This document shows, piece by piece, positions 36,200 through 48,050 of a DNA stretch of 64,000 nucleotides (positions within the stretch are counted from its first letter, which is position 1; every line of letters begins with the position of its first letter). The notes beneath the pieces are model-generated. The model saw nothing but the letters and a program-made list of their open reading frames with translations, made no database searches and had not been told where the DNA came from. Origin of the DNA: Octopus sinensis (taxonomy: Eukaryota). The position numbers and the translations under genes were made by a program. The stretch is from contig NC_042997.1 of the NCBI RefSeq assembly GCF_006345805.1, forward strand, positions 42,160,001 to 42,224,000, written 5' to 3'.

Positions 36200-36490
36200 T
36201 ATCGTTTGGAAGGACCCTGTTATCTCCCCTACTGTCCCTCTAGCGTCTAACATCTGACCTCTGACCTCTGCCTGAAGTCAGACGCCATGATAGATCGTTA
36301 GCTCCTACACGCACTTTTTCTCTCCTTGTTTCTCTCCTTGTTTTTTTTTCTGTGTATTTCTGTCGAAGAGCGTAGGCTCGAAACGTAAAAGACTTGTTCT
36401 ATTTCTATTCCTGAGCGCCATACTAATACATTGTTTGTTTGTACTCCACCTGCCTTCGTCTTTTGTTTATTTTCGTAAAGCTTCCGATAT
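36200..36490 (+). mobile_element. Penelope-like terminal repeat with hammerhead-like motif
   Basis: GAAGAG-CGTAGG-CTC-GAAACGT at 36365-36386; ends in (TA)n; same family at 47860-48025, 55500-55665 and 61515-61705. Confidence 0.7.
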
Positions 36491-36554
36491 ATATATATAT
36501 AATATATATAATATATATATATATATATAATAATTATATAATATATATATATAT

Positions 36555-36921
36555 ATTACTTGAAGGCTCGGATTTCCTTTTCAAACAAGGACAGAGGTTC
36601 ACAATTAAAACTAGTTTCACCAGTGCCTCTGAGAACCTAATTTATGTAATAACCTGCTCGTGTTGCAGTCATCAGTGCATTGGACAAACGAGTTTAACTT
36701 TGAGGAAGAGAATCACTCTGCATAAGGAGCAAATCCGTTTCCCGCAATACAAACAAATTCCTCTTAGTGAACACATAGAAAAATGTGCAGGTAACATCAA
36801 ACCAAATTTTACAGTCTTCCCTTTCTACCGGTGCAAAGACACAATCTCTCAACTAGAACGCTTAAATAAAGAAACTTTCTTCATTGAAAAATACAAAACG
36901 CGTCTTAATAAGCACGCATAA
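36555..36921 (+). pseudogene. Penelope-like GIY-YIG endonuclease, 5'-truncated
   Basis: NLIYVITCSCCSHQCIGQTSLTLRKRITLH...PLSEHIEKC...RLNKETFFIEKYKTRLN. Confidence 0.85.
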
Positions 36922-37240
36922 CCAATTTGTATATTTTTACATATTACATCACTGTACATAAATCCACTACTAAACAAGGCCCCATTTTTTTAAACCTGTC
37001 TCTTTTCTGTATACATATTTATTCACCACCCTAAACCTAAACAGTTATCTCCCTTACACACAACAATAACAATAATAACAACCAATTACCTCCCTTTACT
37101 TGTCAACTTGTAAAATCATTCACTCGTGAATTTCATTAGAAACAACATGGACCCATTTTCTTCTTCAGAAAAATATATTTTCATATAAATTAAACATTGT
37201 ATCATGAATAGCGATTGCGAAAACGGTTGATACATTAAAA

Positions 37241-37275
<35 letters not shown>

Positions 37276-37493
37276 ATCTATATATATATATATATATGTG
37301 TGTTGTGTGGTGTGTGTGTGTGTGTGTGTGTGGTGTGTGTGTGTGTGGGTGTGTGTGTGTGTGTATGTATATATATATATACATGTTAGTTCTCTTTTGG
37401 AATTGAATTTCGAAGCGATAAATGTTATCAATGATAGCATGTAAATATTGATTTTAAAAGTCCTTCTGGATACGCTTCGAGTGGGATTCGAAG

Positions 37494-37562
37494 TCACGCT
37501 TTGGTCCAACGGTAGAACGCCTGTCATGCTTGTACGAGATGTGGGTTCGAATCCCTCGGTGA
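37494..37562 (+). pseudogene. Degenerate tRNA-like sequence (Asp-like GTC loop)
   Basis: A-box-like TGGTCCAACGGTAG, CGCCTGTCATGC, B box GGTTCGAATCC; anticodon arm irregular with extra bases. Confidence 0.35.
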
Positions 37563-37704
37563 ACTTTCGACTTTTACTATCTAAATATTTTTCAGCCCAA
37601 TATTTACATTCTGTTATATATAGCATTTACGTGCTTCGAGATTTAATTCCCCAAAATAATTGATGAATTAATTCACGTTCTGTCATATGACAACAATAAC
37701 AACA

Positions 37705-37810
<106 letters not shown>

Positions 37811-38919
37811 CGACTCGATTGACCATGTTCAGTCCACTGCAGGACGAGGGCCTCAGCATGTTTCCTCCAACCACACAATCTGAGGCAAAGGCCGTGAATC
37901 TGAGCTTGAGTTCATACCGGTTTGATGAGCCTACTCTGCTATACTGGACCGACTTTGCTTGGCAGAGGGATGCTGATTACATATTCATACCCAGAGTAAA
38001 GTCGACTGCATCGACCCCAGTGCTCAGCTGGTACGTATTTCATCAACCCCCTTAAGGATGAAAAGTAAAGTCGACCTCGGCGGAATTTGAACTCAGAACG
38101 TAAGGACGGACAAAATGTCGCTTAGCATCATTTATAATAATCCTTTCTGCTATAGGCCAGTGATTTAAGACGGACGAAATTCAACTCCGCTAAGCATTTC
38201 ACCCGGGGTGCTAAAGATTCTGCCAGCTCGCCTATACACACACACACACACACACACACAGATAGATAGAGGTGAGGGAGCTAGAGAGGGAGAAGGAAGG
38301 GGGAAAGATAGATAAACTGATAGGCATAGATATATACGCATGCACGCGCGCGCGCACACACAGATAGATAGAGAGAGAGACAGAGAGAGATAGGGGAGAG
38401 AGAGAAATCAGTGGTCCTAAGTTTTGGGATCTTCCTCCTTACCGCCATTTCGTAATACTTGGGGTCAAATGAAAAAGAACTGATGCACTTCACATGAATA
38501 TATCTCAAAAACCTGTCTAAAAGTTAAAAATTCAGAAAAATAAATGAAAAATATTTCTCTGTTTTGTTAGTCATTCTTGTTTATAACAATGCGTCTATGT
38601 AGGTATATTGTAGCTTGCTGAAAGGACCGGCTCTTAGTAATGGGAAGTGTGTCAAATAAAAGCACGCAAAACTTTTATGAGCCACACAATGATTGGCGAA
38701 AGTGTAAGTCTAGAACGAATTGATTTGGAAGCACACCACCACTTTCTTTGAATATATTCTTATTTTCGCGGCACACCTATGTATGTATCTGTGTATATTG
38801 TATAAGAAGTCAGGTATGTATACTTGTGTACTAACCCACTAAAGCATGTATAAAATCTGCAGCTACACAAGTATATACATCTATCCATCAGTTACAAAAT
38901 GATTAATTTATTCTCTGTT

Positions 38920-39293
38920 ATTCTTTTACTCTTTTACTTGTTTCAGTCATTTGACTGCGGCCATGCTGGAGCACCGCCTTTAGTCGAGCAAATCGACCCC
39001 AGGACTTATTCTCTGCAAGCCTAGTACTTTTGCCGAACCGCTAAGTTACGGGGACGTAAACACACCAGCATCGGTTGTCAAGCGATGTTGGGAGTAGGGG
39101 GACAAACACAGACGCACAAACACAAACACATATATATATTTACATATACATATATACGACGGGCTTCTTTCAGTTTCCGTCTACCAAATCCACTCACAAG
39201 GCTTTGGTCGGCCCGAGGCTATAGTAGAAGACACTTGCCCAAGGTGCCACGCAGTGGGACTGAACCCGGAACCACACAGCCACTCCTGCGCCT
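38920..39293 (-). mobile_element. SINE family B (internal deletion in head)
   Basis: Matches other B copies. Confidence 0.85.
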
Positions 39294-40237
39294 ATTGTTA
39301 TGTTAACATAAAAATCTACATTAGCATTAAATATTGGTTTCAAATTTTGGTACAAAGCCAGCAATTTCGGGGGACAAGGGTGAGTCGATTAAATCGACTC
39401 CAATGTTCAACTGGTACTTATTTTATCGACCTCGAAAGGATGAAAGGCAAAGTCGACCTCGGCAGAATTTGAACTCAAAACGTCGCGAAGAAAGAAATGC
39501 CGCTAAGCATTTTGCCCGGCACAGTAACGAATCTGCCAACCCGTTGCCTTATTAGCATTAAATATTAATACTCATATTCATCTGCAAAGCCAGTACTTAA
39601 AAATCTAAGTCGACACTAACCTCAAATATTAATACCCATATTAATGACTTGTAGTGACATGGTATTTCGTTATGCAACCATAATATACTACAAAGCGTAT
39701 TAAACGTTTTAATAAATCAATAATGCGTACTACTGTGTTAGCAGTGCTTTTATATCACTTGTCAAGGTCATCTCTACGGTGGGTAATTCATCTTCGATCT
39801 CATTGTTTACATCCAGCATCTCGAATACGAAACGTAACAAAATCAGTGCTAGCTATAATTTCTATAAAATATCTGTAGCGACATCCTTTACTATTAATAC
39901 CCAAATGTAACTAAAAAGCCTGTACTTAAGAAACGAAGTTCTTACTCAGGTGAAGAAATTCTTAAAGGCAATCTTTTAACATAAACCACTGAATTTGACC
40001 TGTGCTCGTACACAAATTTAATCTGTCGCATCTATATCTACATGCATACTTGAATGAACCTTGATAAAAGCTAAAAACCATCCGTTCATTTCGAAAACTG
40101 AATATAACCCAACAAGAAAACTTCTGACAAAATTCAACGATGCTTCCGAGACAAACGACTAAATGTGATCTATATGTGAACTATCTACGACTTGTACACC
40201 TATACAAATCTAACTTTGAGTACCCATATGTAAAAAA

Positions 40238-40543
40238 GGAGCACTCCGTCGATTACGACAACGAGGGTCCCCAGCTGATATGATCAACGGAACAACTTGC
40301 TCGTGAAATTTACGTGCAAGTGGCTGAGCAATCCATAGACACGTGTACCCCTAACGTAGTTATCAGAGCGTGACAAAGCTGGTCCTTTGAAATACAGGTA
40401 CAACTCATTTTTGACAGCTGTGTGGACTGGAGCAGCGTGAAATAAAGTGTCTTGCTCACGGTCACAATGCGTCGCCGGGAATCGAACTCACGACCTTACC
40501 ATCGTGAGTCGAATGCCCTAACCACAAAGCCACGCGCCTTCAC
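40238..40543 (-). mobile_element. Chimeric SINE: A-like tRNA head, CORE-like body, family-A tail
   Basis: Tail GGAGCACTCCGTCGATTACGAC..CTCGTGAAATT as in family A; body TGGACTGGAGCAGCGTGAAATAAAGTGTCTTGCTC; TACCCATA duplicated at 40221 and 40544. Confidence 0.75.
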
Positions 40544-40993
40544 TACCCATACGCACATACATACTCAAATCCTTAACAATAACATATCAACAATCAATAA
40601 ATGCCTTCAGCTATCCAAAATGTTTTCAACATAGTTTTAACTTATCAAGCCAGAAAAATGTCCACCATTTTTTTCTTTTCTACTCCACCCTATATAGACA
40701 AAGGTAGACGGGATGATTAAGTATTGGAATGTTTTTGGTCAAAGCATTGCTGTATCGCGCCTGAGTTGTACCTAAAACAACAATGACATGCACAAATGTA
40801 AAACAACAGCAACAACAAAAACAAAAACTACTACTACTACTACTACTACTACTACAACCAGCATCATCATTACCACTAATACTAAACTAGTACAATCGCT
40901 ACCACCCGTTATCTATACCAACGCCACTGCTTAAAAACTCTCACCGTCCTTACTAACCCGTTAGCACCACCACCACTACAACTACAATAAGTG

Positions 40994-41028
<35 letters not shown>

Positions 41029-41675
41029 CACTACTACTACTACTACTTCTACTAGTACTTTCCCCCTATCAACGATGATATAATAAGAAGGAAACGTTAA
41101 CAGTGACCTTCGGCTTAGCGCTCGGCAGATAAATCAGTGACGTATCAACAAACCCTTCCTCGAAACGACTTACAACCTTGTTGTTACCTGGAAACGCGAG
41201 TTACCAGCTGTGCGTCTGAAACAAGAGGGAGGTGCCACTTTATAGAGTTAATCATTTAGGAAGACAGATGGTACACACACCCTCTTACGACAGAACACGT
41301 GAAATACACATAGACACTCTCGCGCATACACACACACACCACACACACACACACACACACACGCACGCACGCACGCACACACACACGCACACACACACGC
41401 ACGCACGCACGCACACATGCACACGCACACACACAAACGCACGCACGCACACATGCACACGCACACACACATACGCACGCACGCATGCACACGCACACAC
41501 ACATACGCACGCACGCACACATGCACACGCACACACACATACGCACGCACGCACACATGCACACGCACACACACACACACACACACATGCAAGCACGCAA
41601 ACACGCAGTAACAAATTGTCCATTTTTATAACGTGTCTATATCACCTACGCACGCAAACAACATTTGCGCGTGCG

Positions 41676-41717
<42 letters not shown>

Positions 41718-41804
41718 AACAAACACAAACACACACGTATGAGTTTATACGTAAGTTTCTATGTATATATCTAACTGAAAGTGTGTGCGTTTGTGTGTGT
41801 TTGT

Positions 41805-41836
<32 letters not shown>

Positions 41837-42158
41837 GCAAGTGTATCTGTTGGTGACGTGATATGTCCAGTGCATTAGTACCTGTAAATCCCGTGTCGCC
41901 GGCCAGCCTATGTCAGTGAAGCGGAAAGTAGCCTGGTTATCCCTATTCCTATACAGTAATCAACTTCTTCACTAAAACCGCTGACTGACCCTAGCCACCA
42001 TGCATTTACATTAACTGGGTGTTCTGTAAGTCCTGGTTAAAGTCTCGAAGTAGCAGTTAATACAAGTGATACAGTCAGCCGGTTTATCTTCTTACGAGTC
42101 ACTGCCCTGCTCTCTTGTGTGTGAGTCCAGGAAGGCAAAGACCTTGTTGAGGAATATA

Positions 42159-42414
42159 ATATAAATAAATAAATGCGCCCTTTTCAAGCCTAGCCAGGCT
42201 CATGGGCCCGGTTTCCCGGTTTCTATGTGTTCCCCAGCTGGACGGGACGCCGGTCCATCGCAGCGTTACTCAGTTTTGCCAGCTGAGTGGACTGGAGCAA
42301 CGTGAAATGAAGTGTTTTGCTCAAGAACACAACGCGTCGCCCGGTCCAGGAATCGAAACCACAATCTCACGATCATGATGCTGACACCCTAACCACTAAG
42401 TCACGCGTCTCCAC
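42159..42414 (-). mobile_element. SINE with the same head and CORE-like body as 40238 but a different tail
   Basis: 12-bp TSD TTGAGGAATATA at 42147-42158 and 42415-42426; (TTTA)n tail. Confidence 0.8.
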
Positions 42415-42648
42415 TTGAGGAATATAGTCTGAAATAAAAACAAGTTGTGGTGGCCAGCATTAATGGTAGTCTCTGACAGACTGTAGTTGCGACAGCTACC
42501 TGCAGCTGAGAAGTACCGGACATTTTGTCTCTGTATTCTATATTCTTTACAATGAATAAAGTTATACAACGAAATACTCGACCACAAGCCCATTATAAAG
42601 TTTTATTGTGCAGTTATCTTTTCCTGCAACGCATTTCTTTTTTATTTT

Positions 42649-43030
42649 GGAAGCACTCCGTCGGTTACGACGACGAGGGTTCCGGTTGATCCGAATCAAC
42701 GGAACAGCCTGCTCGTGAAATTAACGTGTAAGTGGCTGAGCACTCCACAGACACGTGTACCCTTAACGTAGTTCTCGGGGATATTCAGCGTGACACAGAG
42801 AGTGACAAGGCCGGCCCTTTGAAATACAGGTACAACAGAAATAGGAAGTAAGAGTGAGAGAAAGATGTGGCGAAAGAGTACAGCAGGGATCACCACCATC
42901 CCCTGCCGGAGACTCGTGGAGCTTTAGGTGTTTTCGCTCAATAAACACTCACAACGCCCGATCTGGGAATCGAAACCTCGATCCTATGACCTCGAGTCCG
43001 CTGCCCTAACCACTGAGCCATTGCGCCTCC
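42649..43030 (-). mobile_element. SINE family A
   Basis: Full match; imperfect TSD ACGCAT(T/A)TCTT. Confidence 0.9.
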
Positions 43031-43245
43031 ACGCATATCTTGGACCCCTCTAGAATTCTGGCCGATGTAGAAAGCCTAGCAACAGAAGCAAATCTGATCA
43101 TACTGGAAACTTCTAATCAGAATCCTGCATATCAGTGATACATGGCAACGGGCGTTGGCAACTAGAATTGAATGGGAGCAACCCTTGAGAGCTCATTTTC
43201 AGGAAAAGAAACTACATATCTCAATACATTCGATATGCATTCTAT

Positions 43246-43770
43246 ATGTTTCTTTATTAGCCACACAGGGCTGCACACAGACGGGACAGATTACAAAGTA
43301 GAGCTTTTCTTTTTGGGAGAAAGAAAAAAGAAAAAAAAAGGTGTGTGGCAGGTTTTCGATCAAAAGGGATCGTAAAAGGAAAAGAAGAAAAAAAAAAAAG
43401 AAAAAAGGAAAAAAACAAAAGAAAAAAAATACGATCGATAGGGATCGTGTATCACAGTGTCATGATGTAAAGTGTAAAGGGGGAAGTAGATAAGGTTTAT
43501 CCGTGGGAAGAAAAGCATACGGAAAAGACCACGGTAACCTCGGTCAATATTGTTACATGTTACCACATTTGTTTGCAAGTAGGTAAACCTCTGTTTTAAA
43601 TTTTCCGGGTTCATAGGATTATGCTCAAGGTGGCTTCGTCATTCATACGTGCCATCCTTGCTACATTCACCCATTTTATTTTGAAACATTCGCTAGACAA
43701 AACTTGCCTCTCTACTCTCTCTTTCCTTCTCAAGTGATACCTCCCCTCCACTAATACCCTATAAGCATTC
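43246..43770 (-). mobile_element. L1/Tx1-type LINE 3' end
   Basis: Minus frame HLRRKERVERQVLSSECFKIKWVNVARMARMNDEATLSIIL*, then a pyrimidine-rich UTR ending CAGCCCTGTGTGGCTAATAAAGAAA; clade assignment from memory of Tx1-type ORF2 ends. Confidence 0.55.
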
Positions 43771-43775
43771 TATAT

Positions 43776-44170
43776 GGCTGTGTGGTAAGTAGCTTGCTTA
43801 CCAACCACATGGTTCCGGGTTCAGTCCCACTGCGTGGCACCTTAGGCAAGTGTCTTCTACTATAGCCTCGGGCCGACCAAAGCCTTGTGAGTGGATTTGG
43901 TAGACGGAAACTGAAAGAAGCCCGTTGCATATATTTGTGTGTGTATATGTCTGTGTGTCGGTGTTTGTCCCCCCAACATCACTTGACAACCGATACTGGT
44001 GTGTTTACGTCCCCGTAACTTAGTGGTTCGGAAAAAGAGACCGATAGAATAAGTACTAGGCTTCCAGAGAATAAGTCCTGGGGTCGATTTGCTCGACTAA
44101 AGGCGGTGCCCCAGCATGGCCGCAGTCAAATGACTGAAACGAGTAAAAGAGAAAAATTAAAAGAAAAGAG
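43776..44170 (+). mobile_element. SINE family B
   Basis: Head lacks its first bases; tail GGCGGTGCCCCAGCATGGCCGCAGTCAAATGACTGAAACGAG. Confidence 0.88.
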
Positions 44171-44171
44171 C

Positions 44172-44420
44172 TCATTAATGTTTGTCACGTGGAATATACA
44201 GACACTGCTTGAAGTCGGCAAGTCTGCCACAAAGCCGAACGGATCTCATAACAAGTAGACTGATACGCTACAGTGAGATATTGTTACACTCAGCGAGATA
44301 AGATTCTTGGAAAAGGATTCTCTTATTGGGGTTTATGAGAGGGTATATATTCTTCTGCAAGATTATCTCTTGAAGGTAGACATATCTAAACTGAAGACCG
44401 AGACACCAGTTGGCATTATG
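44172..44420 (+). pseudogene. RTE-type LINE endonuclease N-terminal fragment
   Basis: FVTWNIQTLLE ... LSEIR ... GYIFF, matching the TWNVRTL/LSETR/GYTFF pattern of RTE APE domains; decayed. Confidence 0.55.
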
Positions 44421-45415
44421 TATGCATGAATGTATGTATGCATGTATGTATGTATGTATGTATGTATGTATGTATGTATGTATGTATGTATGTATGTATG
44501 TATGCATGTATGTATGTATGTATGTTTGTATGTATATATGTATATTTTGCGAAGAATTAATAATAAAAGCGAGATAATTTCGCAAAATTCTACGTTTCAG
44601 GCTCCGAGAAAGGTAAGAGTTAAATTTAAATGACGTTGCTGGTATTTTCCATTTTCGGAAACAGGATTTAGAGTGGAAAGAGAGAAAAGAAATAGGAAGA
44701 AAAGTTGAAAACAAGAAAGGAACCACCGAGGCAGAAATGCTTGCATGAATCTTGTCTATTTATACATGCACACACACACACACATACACACCACACACAC
44801 ACACACACACACACACAACACACACACACACCACACACACACACACACAACAAACACACACACCAATTTATAATTCATAAGTAACTAATTTCAGTCATCC
44901 GAAACCACGATAGTTAAAACTACAAGTTTCAACAAGGCATTGTATGTTCAGCCAGCCATTTTGAATAGAGAACACAACTATTATACAACATTAAGCATAC
45001 GTACTTATATACACCTGTGTGTCTTTGCGTGTATGTTTGTGTATACATATATACAAACATGCATGCATTCATACATACATAAATACATACATACATACAT
45101 GCATGCATACATACATACATACATCCATACATACATATACACTTGCATGAAATATATAATTAAAGTATAGACTTATATAAGTATCGTATATATACACTAC
45201 TTATATAATACTATACAGGTGTGTGTGTGGTAAGAAGCTTGCTTCCCAACCACATAGTTCTGTTCAGTCCTACTGTGTGGCACCTTAGACAAGTGTATTC
45301 TACTATATACTCGGGCCGACCAAGGCCTTGTGAGTGGATTTGGTAGACAGTATATGTGTGTGTGTGGTGTGTGTGTGTGTGTGTGTGTAATATGTGACAG
45401 TTATTCGGTATCTGT

Positions 45416-45476
45416 GATAAAACTCTGAGTTTCGGATGACGGGGTGGAAATCCACGCCGCCATCTCTTCAGTTATC
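45416..45476 (-). ncRNA. Type I hammerhead ribozyme motif
   Basis: Minus: GATAA-CTGAAGA-GATGGCGG..CCGTCATCC-GAAAC-TCAGA-GTT-TTATC; perfect 5-bp stem I, GC-rich stem II with one bulge, stem III ACTC-A-GAGT, GUU triplet. Confidence 0.75.
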
Positions 45477-45646
45477 CGGCCGGCCGGATAATTGTCACGT
45501 ATTACATTTATTGATAAATTCCTCTATTTACATAATATCGAGCTCTCTTTCATTCTTTTGTCTTACCATTTCTATCAATATATTTATATATATATATATA
45601 TAAATCAATAAATGGTGGGGTTGTGTTGACCGCACGTGGAGAAATG

Positions 45647-46100
45647 ATAGGCAAGGAAAAATTGTAAAAAGGCAGAATGCTAAATTGAATGAAAATTTTA
45701 ATGAAAATGGGTGTATGGAAAATTTTGAAAAATTGATAAAATATATATATGTATATTAATTCAAATCGGTTTTCCCCACAATGTGACTTTTCAAGAATTA
45801 TAAATAAATAAAAAAAAATCTCAAGATACACAAAGACTTTACAATGTATCGGAGTACCTATTTTTTAATTTTTGTATATATTTATTAGTATTTTTTTGCA
45901 AAATACAATGTAATTTTCTTTTTTCCCCCTCCTCACATTTAAAAAAATTTTTTTCTCTTTACAATTCTTGAAAAGTCACATTATGACGAAAACCGGTTTG
46001 AATTAATATATATATATTTTTTATCAATTTTTCAAAATTTTCCATACACCCATTTTCATAAAATTTTCTTTCAATTTAGCCTTTTTACAATTTTTCCTAT
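45647..46100. repeat. AT-rich inverted repeat (~160-bp arms)
   Basis: GGAAAATTGTAAAAAGGC..AATGTGACTTTTCAAGAATT (45650-45812) versus its reverse complement at ~45960-46100. Confidence 0.8.
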
Positions 46101-46490
46101 ATATATATATAATTCTGCCTTTTTACAATTTTTCCTATATATATATATATATATACATATATACTTATACATATATAGATAGCTAGATAGATTGATACAT
46201 GCACACACGCACACACACACGCGCGATAAGGATTCAAGCAAACCAGGTGCCTTAATGGTAAGGCACCCTGTCCGGTCAAAATTTAAATGCATACACAACA
46301 AAAATAGACTAATATATACACGGGTACCGATGTACAGACAGAAAGATATTCAGGTTATATCTACGATTAATTGAACCGACCGAGTATATCACTAGCCCTT
46401 GGGCTAATCAAGAAACGCACATTGTATTAACTATACGATCCATAATATATTTCTGATCACTCGCGGAACAGGTTATGAGAGGGGGGAATT

Positions 46491-47403
46491 ATAAATAAAT
46501 AACTACAGACGGATAATGTGTCCATTCACTACAGCTGTTTCCAACGAATTTTTAATTGATTAATGAAGACATTACATCATTAGAAAAAACGTTTTGATCA
46601 GATAAATACGCCAACCAGAACGTTTAGAAACATTCAAAAATCAACGGCATATGCACCATCATGATTCTACGAGCCTTGCTGGTCGTAGAATGAATTTGTT
46701 AGTTCAGATGGGTAGTAATGTAGCAGAAAACAACGCGATGTCATTTGTGGGTAGGGAGTATCTAAGGTCTATAGCATTGATGGAGGTTAGAGGACTGAGT
46801 GGTGGTGACGGAGGTGGGGAGTCGAACGGCGAAATATATCATTAATTCATATATCATTAATTCAACAAGATTTTTAGGGCTAAAAGTTATGTATATGGTT
46901 ACTTATTTAACAGCCTTTTACCTGCCCGCTTTATTGCAAGCAGGATATGTAATAGAGACACAAAGTCTGAGATTCTATTATAGTGTGTATGTGGCAATAA
47001 TAGTGGTCATCCTATCAATAAATAGATAAATAAAGAAGTATATAATAAAGGGCCAACTCTATCTTAATTTCAGGGCCGAGATGCTTTCACCGACCGATCC
47101 CCCCTACGCAGTCCTCTAACCTCCATCAATGCTATAAATCTTAGATACCCACTATCCAGACACGACATCCCGTTGTCGTCTGTTATATTACTAACCATCT
47201 GAACTAACAAATTCATTCTACGATTAACAAGACTCATAGAATCATAGAGGTAAATATGGCGTCGATTTTTGAATCTTTCTAAATGTTACGGTTGATGTAC
47301 TTACCTGATGAAAACGGTTTTTTTTCTAATGATATCAATCAAAAATTCGTTGGAAACAGCTGTAGCTAATTGACACATCAACCATCTGTTGGTATTTATT
47401 TAA
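46491..47403. mobile_element. Foldback element with ~330-bp imperfect terminal inverted repeats
   Basis: CTACAGCTGTTTCCAACGAATTTTT / AAAAATTCGTTGGAAACAGCTGTAG; TAGAATGAATTTGTTAGTTCAGATGG / CCATCTGAACTAACAAATTCATTCTA; ATAGCATTGATGGAGGTTAGAGGACTG / CAGTCCTCTAACCTCCATCAATGCTAT. Confidence 0.85.
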
Positions 47404-47649
47404 ATATATATGCGCGCGCGCGTGTGTGTGAATGTTGATATGACAACCGGTGTTGGTTTGTTTACACCTTGTAACTTAGCGGTTCAGCAAAAGAGGCCGA
47501 TAGACCAAGTACCAGGCTTATATAAAAAAAAAGTACTGAGGTCGATATATTCGACTAAAAATTCTTCAAGGCGGTGCCCCACAATCACCACAGTGTAATG
47601 ACCGAAACAAGCAAAAGATGATATATATATATATAATTATCCCCCACCC

Positions 47650-48025
47650 CCAAAAAAACCAAGTCGAAACACAAGAAAAAAAGCAAAAAATGCGAGGACG
47701 TGGTACATGCAAAGTATTAGCAGACGCGCTCAGGGAAGGAAAGAGAGGTAGTTTTACGTTTCGAGCAAAGCTCTTCTTCAGAAACAAGAGACAGAGGAAA
47801 GTCCAAGAGAAAAGGAAGACGGAGGAAAAAATCGCCAACGATCGACGATCGCTAGCCACTACACATTTTTTATTTTCTCTCCTTGTTTCTTTCTGTGTTC
47901 CTTTCTGTGGAAGAGCGTAGGCTCGAAACGTTAAAGACTTTTTCATTTCCCGAGCGTTATACTAATACGTCTGTTTGTTATCTACACCACATGTCTTCGT
48001 CTTTTGTTTTTTTTAATTCTCCCTA
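47650..48025. mobile_element. Back-to-back inverted pair of Penelope-like termini
   Basis: Minus copy CTGAAGAAGAGCTTTGCTCGAAACGT (47756-47781); plus copy GGAAGAGCGTAGGCTCGAAACGT (47909-47931); (TA)n outside both. Confidence 0.65.
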
Positions 48026-48050
48026 TATATATATATATATATATATATAT

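Noticed and set aside
41232-41878. Long His/Thr- or Cys/Val-rich ORFs (also 7343-7724, 21596-22118, 28415-28723, 59785-60373)
   Set aside because: Translations of CA/GT, ACGC and trinucleotide microsatellites
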